Below, piece after piece: positions 48,788 through 59,433 of a DNA stretch of 64,000 nt. The stretch's first letter is position 1; every line of letters starts with the position of its first letter. A program made the position numbers and the translations under genes. The notes below the pieces were generated by a model, which searched no databases, was not told the DNA's origin, and saw only the letters and a program-made list of their open reading frames with translations. Source of the stretch: an uncultured bacterium (GTDB taxonomy: Bacteria > Edwardsbacteria > AC1 > EtOH8); contig CAWAAX010000016.1 in NCBI GenBank assembly GCA_963780225.1, positions 66,505 through 130,504 on the forward strand, written 5' to 3'.

Positions 48788-50105
48788 TGCGAATGCCTCC
48801 ACGGTATCGGCCCCGAGTTTTCCGAGGGGGGTCTCCCACGCACCCGCTACCTTCTGCTCCGGTAACCGGACATGGACCAGGATCTTCATCGTCCTTGCCT
48901 GCCGCACGACCTGCCGGAGATGGCTCGTGTCCCCGTATCCCGAGGGAGAACACGTAGATCTCATCGGCAGTGATCTGGCCGATGGTGCGGATGACCTGCC
49001 CGGTGAACGCGAGCATCCGCTGCTCCTGCTGCCCGGCCTGGTAGTTCTTCCGCAGGAGGGCGAGGAAACGTGCATCCTCCGGGCCCGGTTCTCCCGACAG
49101 GATCGTGTCGATGGTGCGGATTCTCCCCCTCAGGTCGGACCGGTCCGCCATGCGGTAGAGATGGTTTATCCGCTCCACGGGATGCATCCACCGGCGGAGG
49201 GTGGTCATGCAGCGTTCGAGATCCTTCTCCTCGGCAATGAACGAGAGGATGTTCGGCCCGGATATCAGGAGCACCGACACGAACTGGAAATTCTTGATCG
49301 CATGCTCCGCAAGGCCGGCCACCGCGGCCACCATCCGGTTGAAATCGCTCTCCGATACCTTGTCTCCCCGCCACGGGAGGTCGATGATGATCAGGGGCGG
49401 GAGGTTCATCATGCCCGTGTATTCCCGGACAAAGATCTTGTTGTACTTGGCGGTCTGTTTCCAGTCGATCTTCCGCATGTCATCGCCGGCATAATACTCC
49501 CGCAGGGCGCGGATGCCGAACCCCGAGAGCACCCCCATCTTCTCGATCTCGCGGGTCTCCGCGGTGATGCGCCTCGTGCCGGCCTCGAAGAGCCCGGTGG
49601 GCTGGACGAAGAGGGAGGGGCCGCGGAACGGCCCGGCAGACAGGGTGATATCCGTCTCGAAAAAGCGGTCCTTCGCGGAGAGGACGATCCCGGGAAAAGC
49701 GAATTCCCCATGCACGACGGGAGTGATGCGGTAGCTCATCTTCTGCACCACCGGGGCATCGGCAGGCCCGGCCGTGAAGGAGGTGATGCCGTCCTGCACG
49801 GCAATCCCGGGGGCAAGGTTCTCCCGCACCGCGATCTCCATGCCGGGGGGAATGCGGACCGTCACGTTCGTGACCACCTGGAGGGTCGCCCCCTTCCGCA
49901 CCTGGGTGCGTTCCAGGGATCGTTCCACGCCGGCCGAGAGGACGATCTCCCGGAACCTCCGGTCAAAATGGATGTACACGCCGATAAGCCCGCAGAGGAG
50001 GAGCGCAGCGGCGAGCAGGACCGCCATATCGTCAAGAACAAATGCCCAGGAGAAGAGCAGGAGGAGAAGGAGTGAGAGCCCCTGCGTGCATCGTCTCGGC
50101 CTCAC
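48784..50105 (-). CDS. DUF58 domain protein (MoxR-associated), apparently frameshifted near 48950
   Basis: DUF58 core REYYAGDDMRKIDWKQTAKYNKIFVREY. The C-terminus continues in another frame (...MKILVHVRLPEQKVAGAWETPLGKLGADTVEAFA). Confidence 0.6.
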
Positions 50106-50108
50106 GGC

Positions 50109-51083
50109 TCACGGCACCTCAACTTTGGAGAGGATGTCGTCGAGCACGCTCCCGGGGTTCAGTCCTTCGACCTCCGCTTCCCGCGTCAGGATGAGCCGGT
50201 GGGTGAGCACCGCCTTTGCGATCTGCTTGATGTCGTCGGGAAGGACATAGGTGCGGTTCTGGAGGGCCGCGACCCCCTTCCCGCCACGGACAAGGGCGAT
50301 CGAGGCACGGGTGGAGGCGCCGAGCTGCACGTCCGGGTGGCTTCTCGTCGCGATCACGAGGTTCCGGATATACTGGAGGACCGGTTCCTGCACCGCTACC
50401 TGGCTGACGACGGAGACATGGTGCCGGATCAGGTCCGGCGAGAGCAGGGGCGTCAGCGTAGCGGCGTACTGGTCCCAGTCCAGGTGCCCCGTGCTCACGC
50501 GCCGGATGATGTCGAGTTCGTCCGTGTCGTTCATGTAGGCAGAGCTGATGTTGAACATGAACCGGTCCCGCTGCGCCTCGATGAGGGGGAACGTGCCTTC
50601 GAACTCGAACGGGTTCTGCGTTGCGATCACAAAGAACGGGGAGGGGAGGGGAAGGGTGGTCCCGTCGATGGTGGCCTGGCGCTCGCTCATCGCCTCGATG
50701 AACGCACTCTGGGACTTCGGGTTGACGCGGTTGATCTCATCGGCAAGGAGGATGTTCGTGAAGACCGGCCCCTTGTTCAGGACGAACTCCCTCTTCTCCT
50801 GGTTGAAGATGCGCACGCCGATCATATCGGCGGGCTGCAGGTCGATGGCGCCCTGGATACGGTTGAAGCTGCACCCGGTGATGACGGCCATGGATTTGGC
50901 GATCGTGGTCTTGGCCGTGCCGGGGACACCCTCGATCAGGATGTGCCCCTCGGCAAGCATGGCGACCATGATCAGGTCGATCAGCTGCCCGTTGCCTACC
51001 ACGAATTCAGCCAGTTTCCGGTTGATCGACGTGTATGTCTGCGAGAGCTCTGCAATCTCGTGTGTTACTGCATCAGGTTCCAT
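50109..51083 (-). CDS. MoxR-family AAA+ ATPase
   Basis: Walker A LIEGVPGTAKT. MoxR-type sensor and C-terminal regions. Length 324 aa. Confidence 0.9.
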   Translation of the reverse strand: MEPDAVTHEIAELSQTYTSINRKLAEFVVGNGQLIDLIMVAMLAEGHILIEGVPGTAKTTIAKSMAVITGCSFNRIQGAIDLQPADMIGVRIFNQEKREFVLNKGPVFTNILLADEINRVNPKSQSAFIEAMSERQATIDGTTLPLPSPFFVIATQNPFEFEGTFPLIEAQRDRFMFNISSAYMNDTDELDIIRRVSTGHLDWDQYAATLTPLLSPDLIRHHVSVVSQVAVQEPVLQYIRNLVIATRSHPDVQLGASTRASIALVRGGKGVAALQNRTYVLPDDIKQIAKAVLTHRLILTREAEVEGLNPGSVLDDILSKVEVP

Positions 51084-51090
51084 CGGGCAC

Positions 51091-52041
51091 CTACACTACC
51101 TTCCTTCTCCAGGCCCACAGGACCGCCAGCACCAGCAGCGCAAGGAACAGGAGTTCAATAGTTATTGTTGTTCGTATCAGATGAAGTATTTCGCTGATTC
51201 CCTCCGCATCATCCGTGCGGGAGTTCATCTGGTCGATGAGCACGGTACCGTTGCTGCCGGTCAGGTCGCCGACGAAGCGCCGGTTGTCCCGGGGCTGGTC
51301 GGACTCTTCCATCGAATTGATGAAGATGCTGGGATCGGAGAGGACGACGAGCCTCCCCTTCCCGATCTGCTCTTCCGACATGACGGGGAACTGGCCCATC
51401 ACCTCGTCGGCATTGATCCGCTTGTCCCCGTTTTCATCGATCCAGCTCAGCAGGGACGTCATGAACAGCGGGTCCCCCCCGTCGAGGGCAGCGGGGCGGT
51501 CCAGCACGAGCGTCGCCGCATGCGTCGCGATGCTCCCGTTTGCCCTCCGGTATACCGTTATGGTGTACGGGTCGGCATATTCCCGGTCGATGCTGGAGAG
51601 GTTCCCTTCGAGGATCACGATCCGGCTCCCGAGCCCCCGCAGGATCGCGTCGCCGCTGCCGAAATCATCCGCGAGGAACAGGGTGTTTCCCCGCTCCAGG
51701 AAGGCCCGGTACGCGGAGAGTTCCGCATCGGACGGTTTGCGCGATGGCGCGATGACCAGCAGGAGGGTGTTGTTCCGGTACGACGAGAGTTCCCGGGGAT
51801 CCTGGACCATGGTGACGTGATGGCGATCGAGATCGGAGAAGAAGGTCGACGTGCCGTTCCACCCGGTGTTGTACCGGGAGAACTCGAGACTGTTTGAGGA
51901 GACGTGGACGGTCAGGACCAGTGCGGCCGCGAGCAGGACCAGCCCCGCGACCCAGAAGGCGGCCCTAATGGTCCTCGCCCCCCAGGTGTGCATCGGTGCT
52001 CTGCATCGTTGCCTCAAATTCCTCCCGCACGGGATCGGCAT
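51091..52041 (-). CDS. DUF4350-like membrane-anchored protein (MoxR operon member); alternative start MHTWG at 51993
   Basis: N-terminal TM helix, periplasmic-type domain, C-terminal TM helix. Position between MoxR and DUF4129 as in canonical clusters. Confidence 0.5.
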   Translation of the reverse strand: MPIPCGRNLRQRCRAPMHTWGARTIRAAFWVAGLVLLAAALVLTVHVSSNSLEFSRYNTGWNGTSTFFSDLDRHHVTMVQDPRELSSYRNNTLLLVIAPSRKPSDAELSAYRAFLERGNTLFLADDFGSGDAILRGLGSRIVILEGNLSSIDREYADPYTITVYRRANGSIATHAATLVLDRPAALDGGDPLFMTSLLSWIDENGDKRINADEVMGQFPVMSEEQIGKGRLVVLSDPSIFINSMEESDQPRDNRRFVGDLTGSNGTVLIDQMNSRTDDAEGISEILHLIRTTITIELLFLALLVLAVLWAWRRKVV

Positions 52042-53593
52042 GGTATCCCCCGTACCGGATCCGCTCGTACGCGGCGATGAGGCGGGAGAATGCGCCGCAG
52101 TAGGGTCGGTCCCGGCAGGATCGTGACATCTCCCGGGGGGTCAGCACCCGGTACCGGGAGATCTTCAGGTCCCGGGCAACGCGGGCGGAGAGGTCAGCAT
52201 AGACCAGGTGGGATGCCTCGCCCAGGCCGGAGGACTGGAGGAGGACGGCATACCGCTGGAAGAGGGTGACAATGCCCGCGGGGGTTTCATCGGGAGACGG
52301 TGCCTCCGGAATAAGGGCCGTGCCCGTTCCCTCACCAGGTTCAGCCGGGGCTTCCGCTGCGGATTCTTCCGATGAGCCAGTACGGGCAGCCCATTTTTCC
52401 CTCAGGCCCGCCAGTGCCGGTGTCCGCCGCAGATAATACATCGCGCCTCCGAGGAACAGGAAAAAGATACTGAACACCCCGACAAAGATAAAAAAACTAT
52501 AATCCACCTGGGGGATGAACGGGATGCGGGGAATGGATACGACGATAGTCTGTATATCGCTCTCCGAGGGGTTCAGGGGATAACCCGCACCTGTGAACCG
52601 TGCCTGTACCGTGTGGTTCCCGTTCGGGAGACTGAGTGACTGCAGTATACTCCCCCTTTGCGTTGGTCGTGGCCTGGCTGACATGGGTCCCGTCCCAGAC
52701 CAGCTCGACAGGAGCGTTCCGGACCGGTCTGGTTCGCATTCACGGTACCCGTACAGAGTATTTCTCCTGCTCTCCGCGACGGGTTGACGGCAAGGGTGGT
52801 GACCGTATCCACGGGAACGATCGTGAGGGTGCGCTGGTCCGACTGCGTGAGACCGGACTCTGCGTGAAGTACGTGAGTGCCGGAAGCGATTCTTATCGAC
52901 AGCGATGTCGACCGTATAACTCCCGATATCGTCGGTTGTGACTGTGCCCATGGATCGGTCATCGAGATAGAGCGTGACCTGTTTTCCGGGAATACTCGAT
53001 ACGCGGTACCCGTACAGGGAGAAGTAATACCCGAAACATTGGATCGTATCACCGTAGCTGCCGGTATCCGGGTTGAGGAGCAGGGACAACTGCGAAGTGC
53101 GGCGGATGGGGATGTCGATTGCCTGGGGATTCTGGATCGGATCAACTTCGTTCGCGTATGCATCGAATTCCTGTACGCTTTTCTCTTGGGAGATGGTGTC
53201 AAGACCCACTTTTTTGCTGATCGCAACGATCTTTTCGGATTCCTGGTGGTACTGCTCGGACAGTAACCGGATCTTCTTGCGGAGTGCATCCCCCTGCAGC
53301 CGGATCGATGTCAGCATCGTCGGGTTGTCCTGGTCACGGTACTGGATCTCGAGGCTTTTGAGCTGGTTCAGGGAGACGGAGGAATTCAGCAGTTCCTGCA
53401 GTATTTTTTCCTGGTTGGCACTGCTCCTTGAAAATGCCTCGATCTCGCTCTCGTTCATGTCGAGTTTCAGGATAAGGTTGCTGAACGACCCGTGTTCCTT
53501 CGCGAAGAGTTCGAGGTCATGGCGGGCCTGGTCGATATCCTGGATCCGCACGTTGATGACGATCGGCCCGGTATAATCGAGCAGGTCCTGCAT
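51965..53593 (-). pseudogene. DUF4129 domain protein with at least two internal frameshifts (about 52575-52740 and about 53290)
   Basis: N-terminal coiled-coil and C-terminal DUF4129 motif (RVLTPREMSRSC...LIAAYERIRYGG) are in one frame. The middle is Arg-rich out-of-frame text. Protein-like segments continue in the two other frames (ORFs 52573-53289 and 52497-52739). Confidence 0.5.
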
Positions 53594-53648
53594 CAGGGGG
53601 AGGACGTCGGTCGTGCTGTTGATCTCCTGGGCCTTCAGGGCATCCGTG

Positions 53649-53786
53649 TTCTCATGGAACAGCGAAGGGAAGACACGTCATTCTGCAATGCGAATAGAGC
53701 AGCGGGCCGGAAAAGGAGACGGCAAGTGCCGCCACGACGCAGAGTCCCAGGACAGCGAGGAGGGCATACCGTGCATCGGGCTTCAT
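53649..53786 (-). CDS. Possible 45-aa single-TM micro-protein, ATGA-coupled to the upstream small membrane protein gene
   Basis: MKPDARYALLAVLGLCVVAALAVSFSGPLLYSHCRMTCLPFAVP. Its ATG overlaps the TGA of the ORF at 53783-54097. Confidence 0.3.
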
Positions 53787-54097
53787 TTTGAGAGGATCTC
53801 CAGCACCTTCAGGGTGACGATTCCCCCGAACAGCACGATCCCGGCCGCGATCAGGTATTTGATATACCGGAGATAGGGCGGCAGGGAGAACCGGGTGTCC
53901 ATCAGCTCAACAACGACAAGAATCCCGATCAGCCAGAGGACAAAAAAAATCTCGACATCGATGCGCCAGGCAAGGAGCATGAAGATACTGATGATGATGA
54001 GCCAGGCGGCAATGACGATGGCTGCGAGATTTTTCTTTCTCATGCAATACGGATAATTATACGCGGTTCCGGATATAGGTAATTTTCTGGATACCAC
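53783..54097 (-). CDS. Small membrane protein (104 aa, 3 TM helices), first gene of the MoxR cluster
   Basis: Hydrophobic helices. Intact ORF. Confidence 0.45.
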   Translation of the reverse strand: MVSRKLPISGTAYNYPYCMRKKNLAAIVIAAWLIIISIFMLLAWRIDVEIFFVLWLIGILVVVELMDTRFSLPPYLRYIKYLIAAGIVLFGGIVTLKVLEILSK

Positions 54098-54204
54098 GGG
54101 TGATTCTTAAAAAAGTTTCAGGAAAATTCTCCGGGAGAACTGTCCCGAAAAACTATCCGGGAGAACGATATCCGGAAAAACTATCCGGAAAAATAGAGCC
54201 GACG

Positions 54205-54271
54205 CCCCCCAATCCCCCCTTCCCCTTCGAACTGCCGCCACGGGCAGGCAGTTCTTCGGGCGGGGGGTTCC
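54205..54271. repeat. GC-rich palindromic repeat, copy R1 (CCCCCCAATCCCCCC...GCCACGGGCAGGCAG...CGGGCGGGGGG), preceded by a TCCGG(G/A)A(G/A)AA tandem tract
   Basis: Near-identical to the reverse complement of R3 (59434-59497) and to R2 (58485-58552). An imperfect inverted repeat centred on CCGTGG/CCACGG. Tandem degenerate 14-bp units lie at about 54125-54200. Confidence 0.7.
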
Positions 54272-54551
54272 GGAAAAAGGCGATGCCTGCCTTCCTGCCC
54301 ACCGCCCGTGCCGTCAGTCCCGGTTTAGTCACTGAACCGCCGCGGGGGCGCCCCGTCGGGGGCGGCGGCGTCTCTCATTATCTTGAGACGAACAGATCCG
54401 GTTTCGCTGGAGCGACCAACTTTTAAGCGGCATTCCCGTGAGGAAGACCTGTGAAAAAAGGAGATCCTCCATTATTTTCTGAAAATTCCCCAACGCGGGT
54501 AATGAAATTGACGGATAAAAAAATTGATCCTCTCCGTAGCTCTCAAAAAAA

Positions 54552-55588
54552 TCACAGCGCCGGCTTCTTCCGGAGCGCCGTGACGAGAACCTTCACGCCG
54601 GCTTCAATATCGCGGCAGTCCAGCACCTCGACGGGCGAGTGGATGTACCGGGCCGGGATGCTGACCGTGGTGCTCGGGATGCCGCCCTTGGTGAGGTGGA
54701 TCGCGGTCGCATCGGTCGTTCCGCCGCTGCCGACCTCGAGCTGGACCGGGATGCTGTCCGCATCGGCCGCTTCCTTGAGCCAGCTCACGACTTTCCTGCT
54801 CGCGATGAGCCCGCGCCCGCTGCTGTCGACGATGGTGATGACCGGGCCTTTCCCCATCTCGACCGGTGCGTCTTTCATCTCGATGCCCGGGTGATCGCCG
54901 GGGATCGTGACATCGGTCGCGATCGCGCAGTCCGGGTCGAGGGAATAGGCGCTCGTCCGTGCCCCTTTCAGCCCGACCTCTTCCTGCACCGTGAAGACAC
55001 CGTAGATCGTCAGCGGGGATTCAGTCTCCTTCAGGGTCTTGATCAGCATCGCGACACCGGCGCGGTTGTCGAAGGCCTTCCCGGTCACCCGGCCGTTTGC
55101 CAGTTCGACAAATTCCCGGTCAATGGTGACGGGAGTTCCCACGTCGACGCCCATCACTTCGACTTCCTGCCGGTTCGTTGCCCCGACATCGATGAACATG
55201 TCGTCGATCTTGACGCCTTTCTTGCGCTCGTCGTCGTCCATCATGTGCGGGGGCTTGCCGCCGATGACCCCGTATACCGGGCCCTTGGTCGAGTGGAGGA
55301 TCACCCGCTGGTTGTAGAGCGTGGGGCCGTACCAGCCGCCGAGGGCAACGAACCGGAGGAATCCCTTCTCGTCGACGAACTTCACCATCAGGCCGATCTC
55401 GTCCATGTGGGCGGCGAGCATCACCTTGAACTTGTTGCCCTTCTTCACCGCGATCAGGTTGCCCATCGGGTCCTCGCGGATCTCGTCCACGTGCCCTTGA
55501 GTTCCTTCTTGATCACTGCAAATACGCTGCCTTCGCTGCCCGAGACGCCGTGGGCATTGGATAATTTCCGTAAGAGTTCCTTGACCAT
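54552..55588 (-). CDS. M42-family (TET/FrvX-like) aminopeptidase, N-terminus displaced by a 1-nt deletion near 55493
   Basis: MVKELLRKLSNAHGVSGSEGSVFAVIKKELKG in one frame, then DEIREDPMGNLIAVKKG... in the ORF-track frame. Restoring one C in GGCCAC rejoins the frames. Confidence 0.75.
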
Positions 55589-55593
55589 GGTAA

Positions 55594-56695
55594 TCACATT
55601 GATGCTTTGATTCGTTCCAGTGCTGTCATAATATTCTGTCGCGATGTGGCATAACTGAACCGGGTGTATTCCGGCGCATTGACCCCGAAGGCGGTGCCGG
55701 GGACGGCGATGACGCCCTTCGTCGATGATCTTCTCCGTCAGTGCCGGCTTCATCGGGACGAAGGCGTAGAACGCACCCTCCGGTTTCGGGAAGGGCAGGC
55801 CCATATCGGAGAGCCCTTTCCAGATGAGGTCGCGGCGTGCCTCGTACTCGTCCCGCATCACCTTCACCGCACCCTGGTCGCCCTCGTACGCCGCAACGGC
55901 CGCGTACTGGGAGATCGAGGTGGCGCAGGCCTGGCAGTACTGGTGGACCTTGAGGCACTGCCCGATGATCTCCGGGGATGCGGCGAGGTATCCCAGCCGC
56001 CAGCCGGTCATCGCGTAGGTCTTGCTCGTCGCATTGATCGTGATCACGTTGTCGCCGAACTGTGCAGCGCTGTAGTGCTTCTTGCCGTAGATGAAGTGCT
56101 CGTACACTTCATCGGAGATGACCGTGACGCTCTTGTCCGCCGCATACTCAACGATCGCCCTGATCGATTCCTGGCTCTCGACCGCACCGGTCGGGTTGCC
56201 GGGCGAGTTCAGGACAAGGATCTTTGCCTTGTCCATGAGTTCTTTTGCCTTCTCGATATCGACATGGAGCGTTGCAGTCAGCGGGACGCCGACCGGTGTC
56301 CCGCCGGCGATGGTGGCGAGCGAGGCATAGGAGACGAAACCCGGATCGGGGCAGAGGACGCGGTCGCCCTTGTTCAGGAGCGCCTGCATCACGATGTGGA
56401 GCGCTTCGCTGGCACCGGCGGTCACGAGGATCTGGTCCGGGTGGTACTTGATCCCGTTCTCCGTTTTGAATTTCCTGCTGATCGCTGCCCGGAGTTCCGG
56501 TATCCCGTTACCGGGAGTGTACCCGGTCTTTCCTTCCTGGATCGCCTTTATTGCCGCATCCTTGATGTGCTGCGGGGTATCGAAGTCCGGCTGGCCGAGG
56601 CCAAGGTTGATGGAACCCGGTCCTGCGGCTTCGAAAATTTTCCGGATACCGGAGATCTCGATCCCCGCCACCCGTTCAGAGAATTTCATGCCCAT
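55594..56695 (-). CDS. Class I PLP-dependent (aspartate) aminotransferase, C-terminus displaced by a 1-nt insertion near 55716
   Basis: Motifs LNSPGNPTG and SKTYAMTGWRLGY. Removing one G from GGG restores ...DEGVIAVPGTAFGVNAPEYTRFSYATSRQNIMTALERIKASM-stop. Confidence 0.75.
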
Positions 56696-56708
56696 ACGTC
56701 ACTTCCTC

Positions 56709-57335
56709 TTACTCGATATTCGTATGCCGGTTCTTGAGCGCATTCTCGTCCATCTTCGTGATCTCCATGAGCCGGGAGATGACGGCGTCGGCAAAGATCA
56801 TGGACGCGGTCTCGAAGAGGGTGCCGAGCGGGGCGAACGACTTGTGCTCCCCCATCATCTGCCGGATCTCGAACTCCGCCGCATCGTCCGTCACCTCGTC
56901 CCGGTGGTGCTCGATGATCACCACGCAGTCCGCGATCTTCCCGATCCGCGAGTCCGCGTTCGAGGTGATCAGGCAGATGTGGGCCCCGATGTCCTTTGCC
57001 GTCTCCGCGATATCCGCGACCGTCTTCGTCTTTCCGGAACCGGAGAAGATCACGATCGCATCGCCCGTGTTCAGGGCCGGGGTGATCGTCTCGCCCACGA
57101 CATAGGCATGGAGGCCGAGGTGCATCAGCCGCATGGCAAACGCCTTCGCGACAAGCCCCGAGCGCCCGGCGCCGATCACGTAGACCCGTTTCGCCTTCAG
57201 CAGCTCCGAAAGAAATTTCTCTACGTCCCTGTCGGATATCTTGTTCGCGATCGCCCGGATCTTCGATGCCATCAACAGCATCATTTCCTGTACCCTGTGG
57301 CTCTCCATGTTCTCTCGCAGAGAAGATACATCCAC
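56709..57335 (-). CDS. SIS-domain 6-phospho-3-hexuloisomerase (archaeal RuMP pathway PHI)
   Basis: Motif VYVIGAGRSGLVAKAFAMRLMHLG and a single SIS domain of about 200 aa. Confidence 0.7.
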   Translation of the reverse strand: MDVSSLRENMESHRVQEMMLLMASKIRAIANKISDRDVEKFLSELLKAKRVYVIGAGRSGLVAKAFAMRLMHLGLHAYVVGETITPALNTGDAIVIFSGSGKTKTVADIAETAKDIGAHICLITSNADSRIGKIADCVVIIEHHRDEVTDDAAEFEIRQMMGEHKSFAPLGTLFETASMIFADAVISRLMEITKMDENALKNRHTNIE

Positions 57336-57434
57336 ATAGTAGATGAGAATTTCTACACATGCGGCGGGCTTACGTGCCGGTTTCCGGTGCGGAAAGGGAT
57401 AGATCTTTATGCAATGTTTATAAAAAATTAGTCT

Positions 57435-58295
57435 GTGATCACCCCGCTGGTAAAATGTGCACCGTTTATCAAATGGGCGGGCGGAAAACGACAGCTACTG
57501 GCGGAACTCGGAGCACGTCTTCCTCCCTGCTGGGACACCTACTACGAGCCGTTTATCGGCGGCGGTGCGCTGCTCGTGAACCTGGAGAACGAGGGGCGCC
57601 TTTCCCGTGCCGTGATCTCCGACCTGAACAGCGAGCTCATCAACCTGTACCGGGTCGTGCAGGATACTCCCGGGGCGCTGATCACCGCACTGTCCGATGA
57701 AGCGTTCCGGAACGATGAAGAGTCGTACAGAGTCCTGAAGGAGAAGTTCAATACCCTGATCGGGGATCCCTCGCATGAGATCGAACGGGCCGCACTCCTC
57801 ATCTACCTCAACAAGCACGGGTTCAACGGGCTCTGGCGGGTGAACCGGAAAGGCAAATTCAATGTGCCGTTCGGCAGCCACAAAAAACGATCGATCCCGT
57901 CGGATACGAGCATCCTGAAGTTCTCCGCGATGCTGGAGAAAGTCAGGGTCCTGAACGCGGACTTCGAGAAGGCCGTGAGGCCCGCGAAGAAAGGCGACTT
58001 CATCTATTTCGATCCCCCCTACCAGCCCCTCTCGAAAACCGCCAGTTTCACCGATTATAACTCACGGGGGTTCCGGTTCGGGGACCAGGAGCGGCTGGCA
58101 CGACTGTTCCGGAGGCTTTCGAAAAAGGGCATCCAGCTGATGCTGAGTAATTCCAAAGTCCCGGAGATCGAGGACCTGTACGAGGGTTTCTGCATCGAGA
58201 CCGTGGTGGCAAAACGGTTCATCAACTGCAACGGGGAACGCCGGAGCGGGATACAGGAAATTATTGTCACCAATTACAGGGAGCCGATCAATTAG
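57435..58295 (+). CDS. dam: DNA adenine methyltransferase (Dam-like, GATC-type N6-MTase)
   Basis: Motifs KWAGGK, EPFIGGGA (SAM binding) and DPPY (catalytic). Confidence 0.85.
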   Translation: MITPLVKCAPFIKWAGGKRQLLAELGARLPPCWDTYYEPFIGGGALLVNLENEGRLSRAVISDLNSELINLYRVVQDTPGALITALSDEAFRNDEESYRVLKEKFNTLIGDPSHEIERAALLIYLNKHGFNGLWRVNRKGKFNVPFGSHKKRSIPSDTSILKFSAMLEKVRVLNADFEKAVRPAKKGDFIYFDPPYQPLSKTASFTDYNSRGFRFGDQERLARLFRRLSKKGIQLMLSNSKVPEIEDLYEGFCIETVVAKRFINCNGERRSGIQEIIVTNYREPIN

Positions 58296-58484
58296 CTTTT
58301 AAAAAAGTTTTGAAAAGATTTTCCGCATGGGGAAAAATTTTTACGGCCCGGGAAAAATCACGGAAAATATTTTAAGAAAATGTTCCGGAAAAAATATTCC
58401 AAAAGGTAGTTGAAAACTTTTCTAAAAAAAATTCTCCAGGTCTTGACAAAAATTTCGAAGCATTCTTTATAATTTTGAGAAGCT

Positions 58485-58552
58485 GCCCCCCAATCCCCCC
58501 GCCCGAAAAACTGCCTGCTCGTGGCGACAGTTTTTTGGGGGAGGGTGGTTCC
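58485..58552. repeat. GC-rich palindromic repeat, copy R2
   Basis: CCCCCCAATCCCCCCGCCCGAAAAACTGCCTGCTCGTGGCGACAGTTTTTTGGGGGAGGGTGG. TTCCGGAAAAA-type AT-rich motifs lie just upstream. Confidence 0.7.
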
Positions 58553-59433
58553 GTCGACGAAATCCTCATCGTCAATTCTCACGCCGGAACCCCTCCCCGA
58601 AAACCATCCCATCTCATCACCCCGGATCCGGGACATTGAGGGAGATACTCTTTCTGTACCTATCATTCTCCGTCGGAGACCGTCTCTTGGAAACCGGAAT
58701 TCATGTCCCGGAGGGGGTCTAATTCGCGAAAAAGGGGTCCTAATTCCCCTTTTTTTCTTATTTTCACGTCGGAAAAATGAGGTCGCTTTTAGGCGCATTT
58801 GGATGGGCGATCAGGTTCCGGATCGACCATAAGGAGCGGAAAATGAAAAGAACCGCTGTTTTGGGGGTCGGAGGGGTTTCGTCGAAACCCCGACGAGGAG
58901 AAGACGAAGTCTTCGAGTTCGGGCTCAAGTCGAAGAAACCTGATGGTTTCGATCGAAGACCTGCGGTCTTCTCCTGTCTCAAGTCTGATAACTTTCAACA
59001 TTCTCCTCCTCCAGGTCTGATGACCTGTCGGACGTCGGAGAATCCGTGGGATTCTTCTCTTCCGCCAGGTCAGATAACCAGTCGGACGTCGGAGGAAATG
59101 CTGCAGAGCCCCATCACCATTCACAAGAGTGTCGTCTCCTGGCTGAGGGACCTGCTCTCCTGATCCCACCCATCCGGGCACGCAGAAGCCCCGGATCGTT
59201 ACTTTCGGAAGTGATCGGACCGGCCTGTTTCGGGCGTTTTCATGAAGAATATCACAGAAAAACCCTGTGCAGCGCTCTTTTAAAGAAAGGGGAGATTTCC
59301 GCAGGAAAAAACCGGCCTGTATAGAACCTGTTTCCTTTGAGGATCGATAGTTGCCGCGATAGTCTGGACGCATGAGGGTGGAGAAGAGGAAAACCGGGTT
59401 TCCTGAGAACTGACTAACAACGGCAATGTTACG

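Noticed and set aside
48423-50075. 550-aa plus-strand ORF opposite the DUF58 gene
   Set aside because: Arg/Gly/Asp/His-rich nonsense typical of the antisense frame at about 65% GC. The opposite strand encodes a recognisable DUF58 protein.
55664-56737. 357-aa plus-strand ORF opposite the aminotransferase gene
   Set aside because: Antisense to a clear class I aminotransferase. Arg-rich with no motifs.
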